From contig QILF01000012.1 in NCBI GenBank assembly GCA_003233235.1, positions 1 through 44,279 on the forward strand: DNA of 44,279 nt, read 5' to 3'. The notes below the pieces were generated by a model. It had not been told where the DNA came from and did not search any database. It worked only from the letters and a program-made list of their open reading frames with translations. This stretch comes from Zetaproteobacteria bacterium (GTDB taxonomy: Bacteria > Pseudomonadota > Zetaproteobacteria > Mariprofundales > Mariprofundaceae). Position numbers and translations under genes: made by a program. Positions 37,651 to 44,279 of the stretch are shown in pieces (within the stretch, counting starts at the first letter, position 1; the number at the start of each line of letters is the position of its first letter).

Positions 37651-37811
37651 AGGAGCCTATCGGACTTAGAGGGATTGTAGCGAGCTGGTAGGGACGCGAG
37701 GTCAAAATGACATGATTTTGAGGCGCATAGTGGTAACTATACGATAAATCAGGGTATTTTGGACCGCTTCCCTGCCGCACAGCAAATTTTCCATAAGTCC
37801 GATAGTCTCCT
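37651..37811. repeat. 161-bp extended imperfect palindrome between convergent ppx and ppk1
   Basis: The terminal inverted repeat is aggagcctatcggactta (37651-37668) and taagtccgatagtctcct (37794-37811), matching at 17/18. Internal complementary blocks are ggtagggacgcgaggtc / ggaccgcttccctgcc and tcaaaat-gacatg-attttga. The right arm abuts the ppk1 stop. Confidence 0.65.
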
Positions 37812-39906
37812 AGACCCGTGCCAGTTTCTCAATCAGGGTCAACTGCGCGCTTTTCGGCTCGCCGCGCCCGCTTACCTGCTTGTAACTACCATCGGATTGC
37901 AATTGCCATGCTCCGGCCTGATGGGTCAGATAAGGACGCAGCGCCAGCGCAATCACATCGCGACGCAATTTGTCGTCACGGACAGGAAAGCAGGTTTCCA
38001 CCCGTCGTAACAGATTACGGCTCATCCAGTCGGCACTGGCGCAAAACACTTCGGGTTCACCATCATTATGAAAACAAAACACCCTGCTGTGCTCCAGAAA
38101 ACGTCCGAGCACAGAACGCACGCGGATATTTTCGGATAAACCCTTGATGCCCGGACGCAGGCAACAAATACCGCGCACCACCAGATCAATCTTCACACCG
38201 GCCTGTGAGGCCCGATAAAGTGCACGGATAATCTCCGCCTCCTCCAGCCCGTTCATTTTAGCGGTAATTTTCGCTTCTCTGCCTGCCTCCGCCAATTCCG
38301 CTTCGTGCGCAATATGCTGTAACAGACCCTTATGCAGCGTAAACGGCCCGGACAACATCGCCTTCAAACGCGAGGCCTTACCCAGTCCGGTAAGTTGCTG
38401 GAATATCTTATGCACATCCTCTCCCAATTCGGGATCGCAGCTGAGCAGACCGAGATCGGTGTAATAACGGCTGGTAATCGTATGATAATTACCCGTGCCG
38501 AGATGAACATAACGACGTATGCTGCGCCCTTCCCGACGTACAATAAGCATCATTTTCCCGTGTGTTTTATAACCCACAACGCCATACACCACCTGCACAC
38601 CAGCAGCACTCAGACGGTCAGCCAGCGCGATATTGTCTTCTTCATTAAAGCGGGCGCGTAGCTCAATAACCGCCACCACTTCTTTATTATTGCGCGCGGC
38701 ACGTACCAATGCATTCACAATCGGAGAATCCACATCGACACGGTAAAGCGTCTGCTTGATAGCCAGCACCTGCGCATCGTCAGCCGCCTGATTGAGTAAA
38801 TCCACAACCGGCGCAAAACTCTGAAAAGGATGATGCAACAACACATCGCCATCGCCGATAACAGAGAACATATCCGCCTCTTCCACACACAACCGCTCCG
38901 GCAAACCGGGCGTAAATGGTACAAATTTCAGTTCAGGGCGATCCACATCATCGCACACTGCAACCAGACGATACGGATTCACCGGCCCGTCCACACGGTA
39001 GAGATCATCTTTTTGCAAATTAAACTGGTGCAGCAGAAAGTCGGATAATTCATCCGGACATTTGGTGGAAACTTCCAAGCGCACCGCCTCATTGAAACCA
39101 CGTTCCAGTAATTCACCGGATAGTGCCTTCTTCAAATCTTCCACTTCGTCCTCATCGACAACCAGTTCGCTGTTGCGCGTCACCCGGAACTGATGGCAGG
39201 CCTTGGACTCCATGCCGGGAAATAAAGCACCGACATGCGCATGAATAATCGAAGAGAGGAACACATACTGATGGCCCGGGCCGGCCACCTCCTCCGGCAA
39301 ACGAATCACCCGCGACAGCGAACGCGGCGCTTGCACGATGGCATATTTCGAATCGCGGCCAAAGGCATCTTTACCTTCCAGCGCAACAATAAAATTGAGA
39401 ATTTTATTCAAAAGGCGTGGAAACGGATGCGCCGGGTCAAGCCCGATAGGGGTAAGTACGGGCAATAGTTCGCGTTTAAAAAAGCGCCGTATCCAAGTTG
39501 TCTGCGCTTCATTCCATTCGTCACGACGCAGGAAACGAATCTCCTCCGCCGCCAACGCCGGAAGCAAATCATCGTTGAGCAAGCGATATTGTGCCACCAC
39601 CATATCGCCAACCCGCTCACGTACTTGCGCCAGCACTTCACTGGCGGTCATACCGTCAGCAGCCGGACGCAACTGACCAAGGGCAATACGATGCTTTTGC
39701 ACCGCCACCCGCACCTCGAAAAATTCGTCGAGATTGGAGGAGGAAATACACAAAAAACGCAAGCGCTCAAGCAGCGGCAGCGAGGTATCAGCAGCCATTT
39801 CCAACACGCGACGATGAAAAGCCAACATACTCAAATCGCGATTCAGATAGTATTCCGGGCTCGCCAAATCTATTTCTTCACTGCTCACTACGTGCTCCAT
39901 GTCCAA
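37810..39906 (-). CDS. ppk1: Polyphosphate kinase 1
   Basis: 698 aa. It has the PPK1 N-terminus (YLNRDLSMLAFHRRVLE), the autophosphorylation region VVGYKTHGKMMLIVRRE, and the C-terminal PLD-like domains. Confidence 0.92.
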   Translation of the reverse strand: MDMEHVVSSEEIDLASPEYYLNRDLSMLAFHRRVLEMAADTSLPLLERLRFLCISSSNLDEFFEVRVAVQKHRIALGQLRPAADGMTASEVLAQVRERVGDMVVAQYRLLNDDLLPALAAEEIRFLRRDEWNEAQTTWIRRFFKRELLPVLTPIGLDPAHPFPRLLNKILNFIVALEGKDAFGRDSKYAIVQAPRSLSRVIRLPEEVAGPGHQYVFLSSIIHAHVGALFPGMESKACHQFRVTRNSELVVDEDEVEDLKKALSGELLERGFNEAVRLEVSTKCPDELSDFLLHQFNLQKDDLYRVDGPVNPYRLVAVCDDVDRPELKFVPFTPGLPERLCVEEADMFSVIGDGDVLLHHPFQSFAPVVDLLNQAADDAQVLAIKQTLYRVDVDSPIVNALVRAARNNKEVVAVIELRARFNEEDNIALADRLSAAGVQVVYGVVGYKTHGKMMLIVRREGRSIRRYVHLGTGNYHTITSRYYTDLGLLSCDPELGEDVHKIFQQLTGLGKASRLKAMLSGPFTLHKGLLQHIAHEAELAEAGREAKITAKMNGLEEAEIIRALYRASQAGVKIDLVVRGICCLRPGIKGLSENIRVRSVLGRFLEHSRVFCFHNDGEPEVFCASADWMSRNLLRRVETCFPVRDDKLRRDVIALALRPYLTHQAGAWQLQSDGSYKQVSGRGEPKSAQLTLIEKLARV

Positions 39907-40022
39907 TTGATAGCCTATTCTCGCTTTTCTGCAACACGATTTCCAGCCTGCTGTTTAGATTTCATTCCCATGCCACCCCTCAAACGACCCTAGGAATATG
40001 TCACACACACCTTCTATCTACA

Positions 40023-40400
40023 TCATGTTTTCATAACCTCGGCTGTGAGCGGATGGCTAATGAAAGCAAATTCTTCGATAGGATTTCCACCAATTAGATG
40101 CTCTTGAATAATGCGTTCAAGCACTTCGGGGGTGCAAGCGAAATACCATGTTCCTTCCGGATAAACGACGGCAATCGGGCCAGCCATACAGACCTGCAAG
40201 CAATTCGCTTTGGAACGGTAAATGCCGCCTTTACCGTTTAAACCAAGCTCATCAAGGCGTTTTTTCAGATAAGCCCATGATTCGAGGCTTTTTTCACGGC
40301 TTGAGCATTTCGCTTTGCTCTGATCGCAGCACAAAAAAATATGCCGCTGCATGACATCCACACCGAGATTCCGGGCGACCCTGTTCAACTGTTCTTTCAT
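40023..40400 (-). CDS. Thioredoxin-like [2Fe-2S] ferredoxin domain protein
   Basis: 125 aa with the Cys pattern [11 protein letters not shown] ... CLQVCMAGP. Its start overlaps the upstream MFS stop (ATGA). Confidence 0.6.
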   Translation of the reverse strand: MKEQLNRVARNLGVDVMQRHIFLCCDQSKAKCSSREKSLESWAYLKKRLDELGLNGKGGIYRSKANCLQVCMAGPIAVVYPEGTWYFACTPEVLERIIQEHLIGGNPIEEFAFISHPLTAEVMKT

Positions 40401-41677
40401 GCCGTCTCCTGCCTATCGTCATCCTGTCCGGCTTTTTCAATCCGCACACGCATCAAAATCGCACCGCCAGCCACAAACAATACCAGCACAGCCAACACCG
40501 ACAAACGGTTGCTGCCCGTCGTCAGACTGACGATGGCCATCAATATCGGGCCGAGAATAGCCGCAAATTTGCCCATCATATTGTAAAAACCGAAAAATTC
40601 ACCCGCCTGACCAAGCGGAATCAATGTCGCATACAACGAACGACTCAACGATTGCACACCACCCATGACCAGCCCGGAAATCGCCGCCAGCCAGTAAAAA
40701 TCGTGCGCCTCCCGCATAAACATGCTAAAAACACACAAGACAATATAAACGCCGATACCAATAAGAATGCCTGTGCGCGGGCCGAAACGCTCACCAATGC
40801 GCCCGAAAATAATCGCTGCCGGAAAAGCGACAAATTGCGTAATCAGCAATGCGCTAATCAGCACGCTGACATCAAATCCAAGCGCTAGGCCATAATCCAG
40901 CGCCATACGTGCGATGGTTCCGAGGCCGTCGATATACAACCAATAGGCAATCAGGAACATCCACACGGTTTTGAGACTGCGAATATGCCGGAATGTAGAT
41001 TTAAACTGCCCTATACTGGTGCGTAACATCGACCCGACAGACAGTTTCGTAACCGGCTTTTCTTCTTTCACCCAAAACATCAACGGCAACGAAAAAATAA
41101 GCCACCACAACGCTACACTGGCAAATGATAGACGAATCGCCTGCGCACTATCCACCAAACCGAACCAATCAGGATGCAGCGTCGCCACAACGTTGCCTGC
41201 AAACAGCAAACCACCGCCAATATAACCCAACGCATAACCAAGCGCCGAATTACGATCCAGATGACGGCGTGATGATACATCCGGCAGCAACGCATCGTAA
41301 AACACATTTCCTGCTGAAAACCCGATACCTGCCAGTAAATAAAGCATGGCCGCCCACTGCCACATACCGTGCCCAACCAGAAAAAGTCCTCCGGACATGA
41401 CAACGCCAAGCATTGTGAAAAAGACCAGAAATCCCTTTTTGATGCCCCCCTGATCGGCAATCGTGCCAAGAAACGGAGCAACAATTGCAACCACCAGAGC
41501 GGAAATACCGTTGGTCATGCCCAGCCAGAAGGTACTCTCGCTGGCCGCCATGCCCGCCGCCCAGTATTGTTTGAAAAATACCGGGAAAAAACCGGACATC
41601 ACGGTGGTAGCGAAGGCCGAATTGGCCCAGTCGTAAAATGCCCACGACCAGAGGCTACGTTTACTTATTTTCCCCAT
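40397..41677 (-). CDS. MFS transporter, UMF1/Atg22-like family
   Basis: 426 aa with about 12 TM helices. The N-terminal [26 protein letters not shown] is typical of this family. Confidence 0.8.
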   Translation of the reverse strand: MGKISKRSLWSWAFYDWANSAFATTVMSGFFPVFFKQYWAAGMAASESTFWLGMTNGISALVVAIVAPFLGTIADQGGIKKGFLVFFTMLGVVMSGGLFLVGHGMWQWAAMLYLLAGIGFSAGNVFYDALLPDVSSRRHLDRNSALGYALGYIGGGLLFAGNVVATLHPDWFGLVDSAQAIRLSFASVALWWLIFSLPLMFWVKEEKPVTKLSVGSMLRTSIGQFKSTFRHIRSLKTVWMFLIAYWLYIDGLGTIARMALDYGLALGFDVSVLISALLITQFVAFPAAIIFGRIGERFGPRTGILIGIGVYIVLCVFSMFMREAHDFYWLAAISGLVMGGVQSLSRSLYATLIPLGQAGEFFGFYNMMGKFAAILGPILMAIVSLTTGSNRLSVLAVLVLFVAGGAILMRVRIEKAGQDDDRQETA

Positions 41678-41905
41678 TCGGCCAATATAGCAAAATACCA
41701 GTTAGAAACGAGCACCATGCCAATAGAATGCTGCCACTGTAAGCACAATCCAACCCCTTTTCCGCGATTTTCCCTTGCAGCACGTTCTTACATGCGATTG
41801 GCAGTTTTGCGTGAGGTAATGTGATTGAATTGGCAACTGTATTGTTGTTCGCCACCGCCAAAACAAACACTAAAGGGGACACTTTCATTTTGCGCATAAA
41901 ATTTC

Positions 41906-42044
41906 TCGGATTTTGGTTGTGAATGTGTTGATATTACAAGAATCTCTGACAAATGATGTCGATGATAGAGAGTGGAAATGCGCGAAACAAGTCCTGACCC
42001 CGAATTTTTCGAAACAAGTCCTGACCCCGAATTTTTCGAATTTT
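41906..42044 (+). repeat. Repeat family copy 1, with an internal 27-bp tandem duplication
   Basis: The core at 41926-42006 is about 94% identical to 42923-43004. The unit cgaaacaagtcctgaccccgaattttt occurs twice in tandem (41983-42009 and 42010-42036). Confidence 0.8.
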
Positions 42045-42058
42045 CTCCGACAAATAAA

Positions 42059-42086
42059 TTGACATATTATAACGATTCATTATAAT
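42059..42086 (+). promoter_or_regulatory. Near-consensus sigma-70 promoter of the toxin-antitoxin operon
   Basis: TTGACA (42059-42064), a 16-nt spacer, then TATAAT (42081-42086). The toxin ATG at 42094 is only 8 nt after the -10 element. Confidence 0.6.
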
Positions 42087-42093
42087 TAAATGT

Positions 42094-42348
42094 ATGTACG
42101 CTATCCAATACAGCAAAAAAGCCAGTGCAACATTGCTTAAAATGCCTAAAAATTACCGTGATTTAATCATTAAAAAGATTGCGCTTTATGCGGCTAATCC
42201 AACGCAAGGCAACCAAGCTATCAAATTGGCAGGGCGCGAAGGCTACCGTTTACGAGTGGGTGATTGGCGGGTTATTTTTGAAAAGCATGATGATGTACTG
42301 CTGATTTTCGTGTTGGCGGTTGACGCAAGAGGAGGTATTTACCAATGA
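42094..42348 (+). CDS. Type II toxin, RelE/ParE superfamily (HigB-like gene order)
   Basis: 84 aa containing ...GYRLRVGDWRVIFEKHDDVLLIFVLAVDARGGIY, a typical RelE/ParE core. It overlaps the downstream gene by 4 nt (ATGA). Confidence 0.8.
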   Translation: MYAIQYSKKASATLLKMPKNYRDLIIKKIALYAANPTQGNQAIKLAGREGYRLRVGDWRVIFEKHDDVLLIFVLAVDARGGIYQ

Positions 42349-42731
42349 ATGTACAAATTTTAGAAAAAGACGGGCATCCTGAATATGCCGTGTTGCCGAT
42401 TGATGATTTTAATAAGCTCGCAGAAGATTCCGAAATGCTTCATGATATTGCAGCTTATGATGCGGTTAAAAAAGATATGGCAGAGGGCAATGAAGAATTT
42501 TTTCCAGCCGACCTTATCGAAAGGCTGATGATAGAAGAAAACAACCCCATCATGGAATACCGTAAGTATCGCAACATGACTCAAGCAGCCCTGGCGAAAG
42601 CCATTGGCGTGCAGCAAGCTGCCATTGCTCAATTTGAAACAGGTAAACGCGAACCATTGGCGAGGCAGATGCAAAAACTGGCCGAGGTATTGAAGGTTGA
42701 TATGGAGATGCTGCTGCCTATATCATCATAA
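42345..42731 (+). CDS. Antitoxin with C-terminal Xre-type HTH domain
   Basis: 128 aa. The HTH is YRNMTQAALAKAIGVQQAAIAQFETGKREP. An acidic N-terminal domain precedes it. Confidence 0.75.
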   Translation: MNVQILEKDGHPEYAVLPIDDFNKLAEDSEMLHDIAAYDAVKKDMAEGNEEFFPADLIERLMIEENNPIMEYRKYRNMTQAALAKAIGVQQAAIAQFETGKREPLARQMQKLAEVLKVDMEMLLPISS

Positions 42732-42881
42732 AAAAGCGACCCACCCCGGAAGATGATCCGCTTGTTGCCAGTGTATGGCTGTGGTTTACAGCGCTGCGAT
42801 ACTCATGATGGATTCAATCCGGTGCAGGCAATGGAGCTGATTGCACAAGCAACTGACGCATGCGAGAAAAAAAGGGCCGAA

Positions 42882-43004
42882 AGGAGTCGGGACTTGTTTC
42901 GCGGATATTAATGTTGAGAATATGTTGATATTACAAGAATCTCTGACAGATGGTATCGATGATAGAGAGTGAAAATGCGCGAAACAAGTTCTGACCCCGA
43001 ATTT
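42882..43004 (+). repeat. Repeat family copy 2, carrying an additional inverted arm (117-bp hairpin potential)
   Basis: aggagtcgggacttgtttcgcg (42882-42903) is an imperfect inverted copy of cgcgaaacaagttctgaccccg (42977-42998). The core at 42923-43004 matches copy 1. Confidence 0.8.
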
Positions 43005-43059
43005 CTCTCCCGCTGCAATGGAATGCTTGAGTTAAAAGTTATGCCCTAACTTGACTAAA

Positions 43060-43995
43060 TTAAACGGTTGGAAACTCAACTAAATCAAGCTCTTCCAGCC
43101 GAATAGCCATTGCCAATGTGGACACCCTGAATTGGGAAGCCAGTGAAGGAAAATGCCTATCAAAACACTTGCCAGTCCCGGCAATCACTTTTGAAAAGTC
43201 GCGAAGGGAACGACATTGCTTCTTCATCTCCGACAGGGATAAACTTTGAAGAGCAAAGGCCGTATTTTCATTTAGGCTCAAAAAGTCAGCCCCGAATGAT
43301 TCGCGAAAGCGACGCAAGACAAGCTTCTCAGGCATTAGAAAATATGTAGCGAACTTGTCTGCTTCACGCTCTAATTCATCTTTAGCCAAAGTCTCCCCAT
43401 TCAATGCACGATCTCGATGCATTTGACCATTGATATCGTGCAGATTGACATGCCCTAACTCGTGGGCCACAGTAAAAAGTCGAACCTCGATAGGGAATTG
43501 GTTCGAAATTCGCACAGTTTTAGTCGAATCGTCTAATATTCCTGCCACTTTGGCTTTACCTTCATCGATAAGACCTAGGTCTTCTTCATAAGAAACATCA
43601 AATCCATAAATTTGAAGTGCTGAAATCGGATCAATTATGGCAACAGGGTCTTCTGGAAAATTTTGCCCCGATTCTTGAGCTTTTTTCCATAGGCTTCTTA
43701 AAATCTGAGTTGCTACATGCTCAATTTCATTATCAGAGAAACTCTTATTTTTACCTTTGGTTATCAAACTCGCATCAGAGTCAACAGAACTATCCCGGAT
43801 AATCGCACTATAGCCACCATTTTCGTTTAAATGAGCGTAGGGGTCTTGCATTGAAGAACGGTCCTTCAAAATTTCTGTCTCTGTTGCCGCTCTATTAACA
43901 AGTTCAGTCTTCTCAAGAAGATATTCAATATGAGCATAAGGGTTCTGAAGTCGAAATCTATCTTCGCGAAGTTCAGTCAAAAATGTCTGGCCCAT
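43060..43995 (-). CDS. ImmA/IrrE-family (COG2856) zinc metallopeptidase with an uncharacterised N-terminal extension of about 170 aa
   Basis: It has the HEXXH motif in FTVAHELGHVNLH and the downstream EREADKFATYFLMP typical of ImmA/IrrE. I place the start at ATG 43995 with a strong SD aggagg; the track start is 44025. The N-terminus has a duplicated Q[ND]PYAH[IL] motif. Confidence 0.8.
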   Translation of the reverse strand: MGQTFLTELREDRFRLQNPYAHIEYLLEKTELVNRAATETEILKDRSSMQDPYAHLNENGGYSAIIRDSSVDSDASLITKGKNKSFSDNEIEHVATQILRSLWKKAQESGQNFPEDPVAIIDPISALQIYGFDVSYEEDLGLIDEGKAKVAGILDDSTKTVRISNQFPIEVRLFTVAHELGHVNLHDINGQMHRDRALNGETLAKDELEREADKFATYFLMPEKLVLRRFRESFGADFLSLNENTAFALQSLSLSEMKKQCRSLRDFSKVIAGTGKCFDRHFPSLASQFRVSTLAMAIRLEELDLVEFPTV

Positions 43996-44045
43996 CAGCC
44001 ACCTCCTGTGACTCCACCCCGCCATTGTGGGGTGCAGAACTTTTT

Positions 44046-44074
44046 ATTATACACTATATAGTATATATCGTCAA
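44046..44074 (-). promoter_or_regulatory. Sigma-70 promoter candidate for the ImmA-like gene
   Basis: The minus strand reads TTGACG (44074-44069), a 17-nt spacer, then TATAAT (44051-44046). It is about 50 nt upstream of the ATG. Confidence 0.55.
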
Positions 44075-44084
44075 GCAATTATAG

Positions 44085-44165
44085 TAGAATCCTCGTAGAA
44101 TCCTCGGGGTCAGGGCTTGTTTCGCGCATTTTACCCTCCTTTCTTCGGCATCATTGATCGGCATG
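44085..44165 (-). repeat. Repeat family copy 3 (inverted orientation, diverged), with an 11-bp tandem duplication
   Basis: ggggtcagggcttgtttcgcgcatttt (44107-44133) is the reverse complement of the aaaatgcgcgaaacaagYcctgacccc core. The upstream part is about 70% similar to copies 1 and 2. tagaatcctcg occurs twice at 44085-44106. Confidence 0.7.
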
Positions 44166-44279
44166 GGTAAAAATAAGAGGACAATTTACCACTGCTGTCC
44201 CACCTATAGGGCTAGGCAGCATTGAGCCGTATTTATCGGCTTGGGATCGGGCGGCTTGAACAGCTCAATCAGGTCTCTG

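Noticed and set aside
39907-40022. Pho box upstream of ppk1.
   Set aside because: Only a single TGTCAC half-site is present (about 40000-40010), with no second 7-mer at 11-bp spacing.
41661-41897. 78-aa ORF with a signal-peptide-like N-terminus upstream of the UMF1 MFS gene.
   Set aside because: It overlaps the MFS start by 17 nt in another frame, has no clear RBS or domain, and its start lies in a degenerate arm of the repeat. It may be spurious, so I did not call it.
41983-42036. CRISPR-like array suggested by the repeated cgaaacaagtcctgacccc motif ending in GAAAC.
   Set aside because: There are only two directly abutting 27-bp units with no unique spacers, and the other copies are inverted or dispersed. 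This is a tandem duplication, not a repeat-spacer array.
42753-42911. 52-codon ORF (MIRLLPVYGCGLQRCDTHDG...) between the antitoxin and repeat copy 2.
   Set aside because: It has no RBS and no recognisable motif, and it ends inside the repeat arm. It may be a remnant of a decayed cassette gene, but this cannot be supported from sequence alone.
43491-43510. tRNA T-arm-like ggttcgaa motif.
   Set aside because: It lies inside the ImmA-like coding sequence, and no flanking acceptor, D-arm or anticodon-arm complementarity is present. No tRNA genes were found in the window.
41906-44165. Interpreting the three repeats as integron attC sites, that is a chromosomal cassette array.
   Set aside because: The inverted arms read ...CTTGTTTCGCG / CGCGAAACAAG..., so no outer RYYYAAC ... 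GTTRRRY core-site pair is present in the right orientation. Copy 3 is inverted relative to copies 1 and 2. No intI gene is in the window. A different site-specific mechanism is still possible.
44207-44279. Possible 3' end of a minus-strand ORF at the window edge (...RDLIELFKPPDPKPINTAQCCLAL*).
   Set aside because: Only 24 codons are visible and there are no motifs, so I cannot tell coding sequence from chance.

Overview
Chromosomal window from a proteobacterium; the gene content looks beta- or gammaproteobacterial and GC is roughly 50% by eye. Most of it is core metabolism in four blocks. (1) 1-5.3 kb: nitrogen uptake on the minus strand, with a porin, glnK and amtB behind a sigma-54-type promoter, followed by a second independent glnK-amt pair. 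(2) 5.4-12.2 kb: housekeeping genes, including argB, an APH/P-loop kinase fusion, sspA, prfB with its programmed +1 frameshift, and ettA. (3) 12.4-27.2 kb: a dense respiratory and copper/heme-a maturation region. It holds a lipoprotein cytochrome c with SCO, and a divergent heme-copper-oxidase (HCO) subunit-I-like gene coupled to ctaA and an MFS gene. It also holds two tandem cytochrome b561 genes, an orphan single-TM CuA subunit-II-like gene, and a full operon: cyt c, cox3, SenC/SCO, coxII, coxI, ctaB and a PCuAC-Sel1 fusion. (4) 27.4-41.7 kb: phosphate and polyphosphate genes. These are a PhoBR-like two-component operon with a cNMP-domain protein, divergent Pho boxes, an OprO/P-like porin, pstSCAB-phoU, ppx, ppk1, a 2Fe-2S ferredoxin-like gene and a UMF1 MFS gene. 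The last 2.4 kb (about 41.9-44.3 kb) is visibly more AT-rich and looks accessory. It carries a RelE/ParE toxin with an Xre-type antitoxin and a convergent orphan ImmA/IrrE metallopeptidase, each delimited by copies of an 80-120 bp repeat family. The most interesting candidates are the non-canonical HCO-like module (15.9-19.2 kb), the main oxidase subunit I that lacks the K-channel lysine, and the repeat-bounded toxin/protease cassettes. No rRNA, tRNA or CRISPR array was seen. All calls rest on reading motifs by eye; no database search was run.
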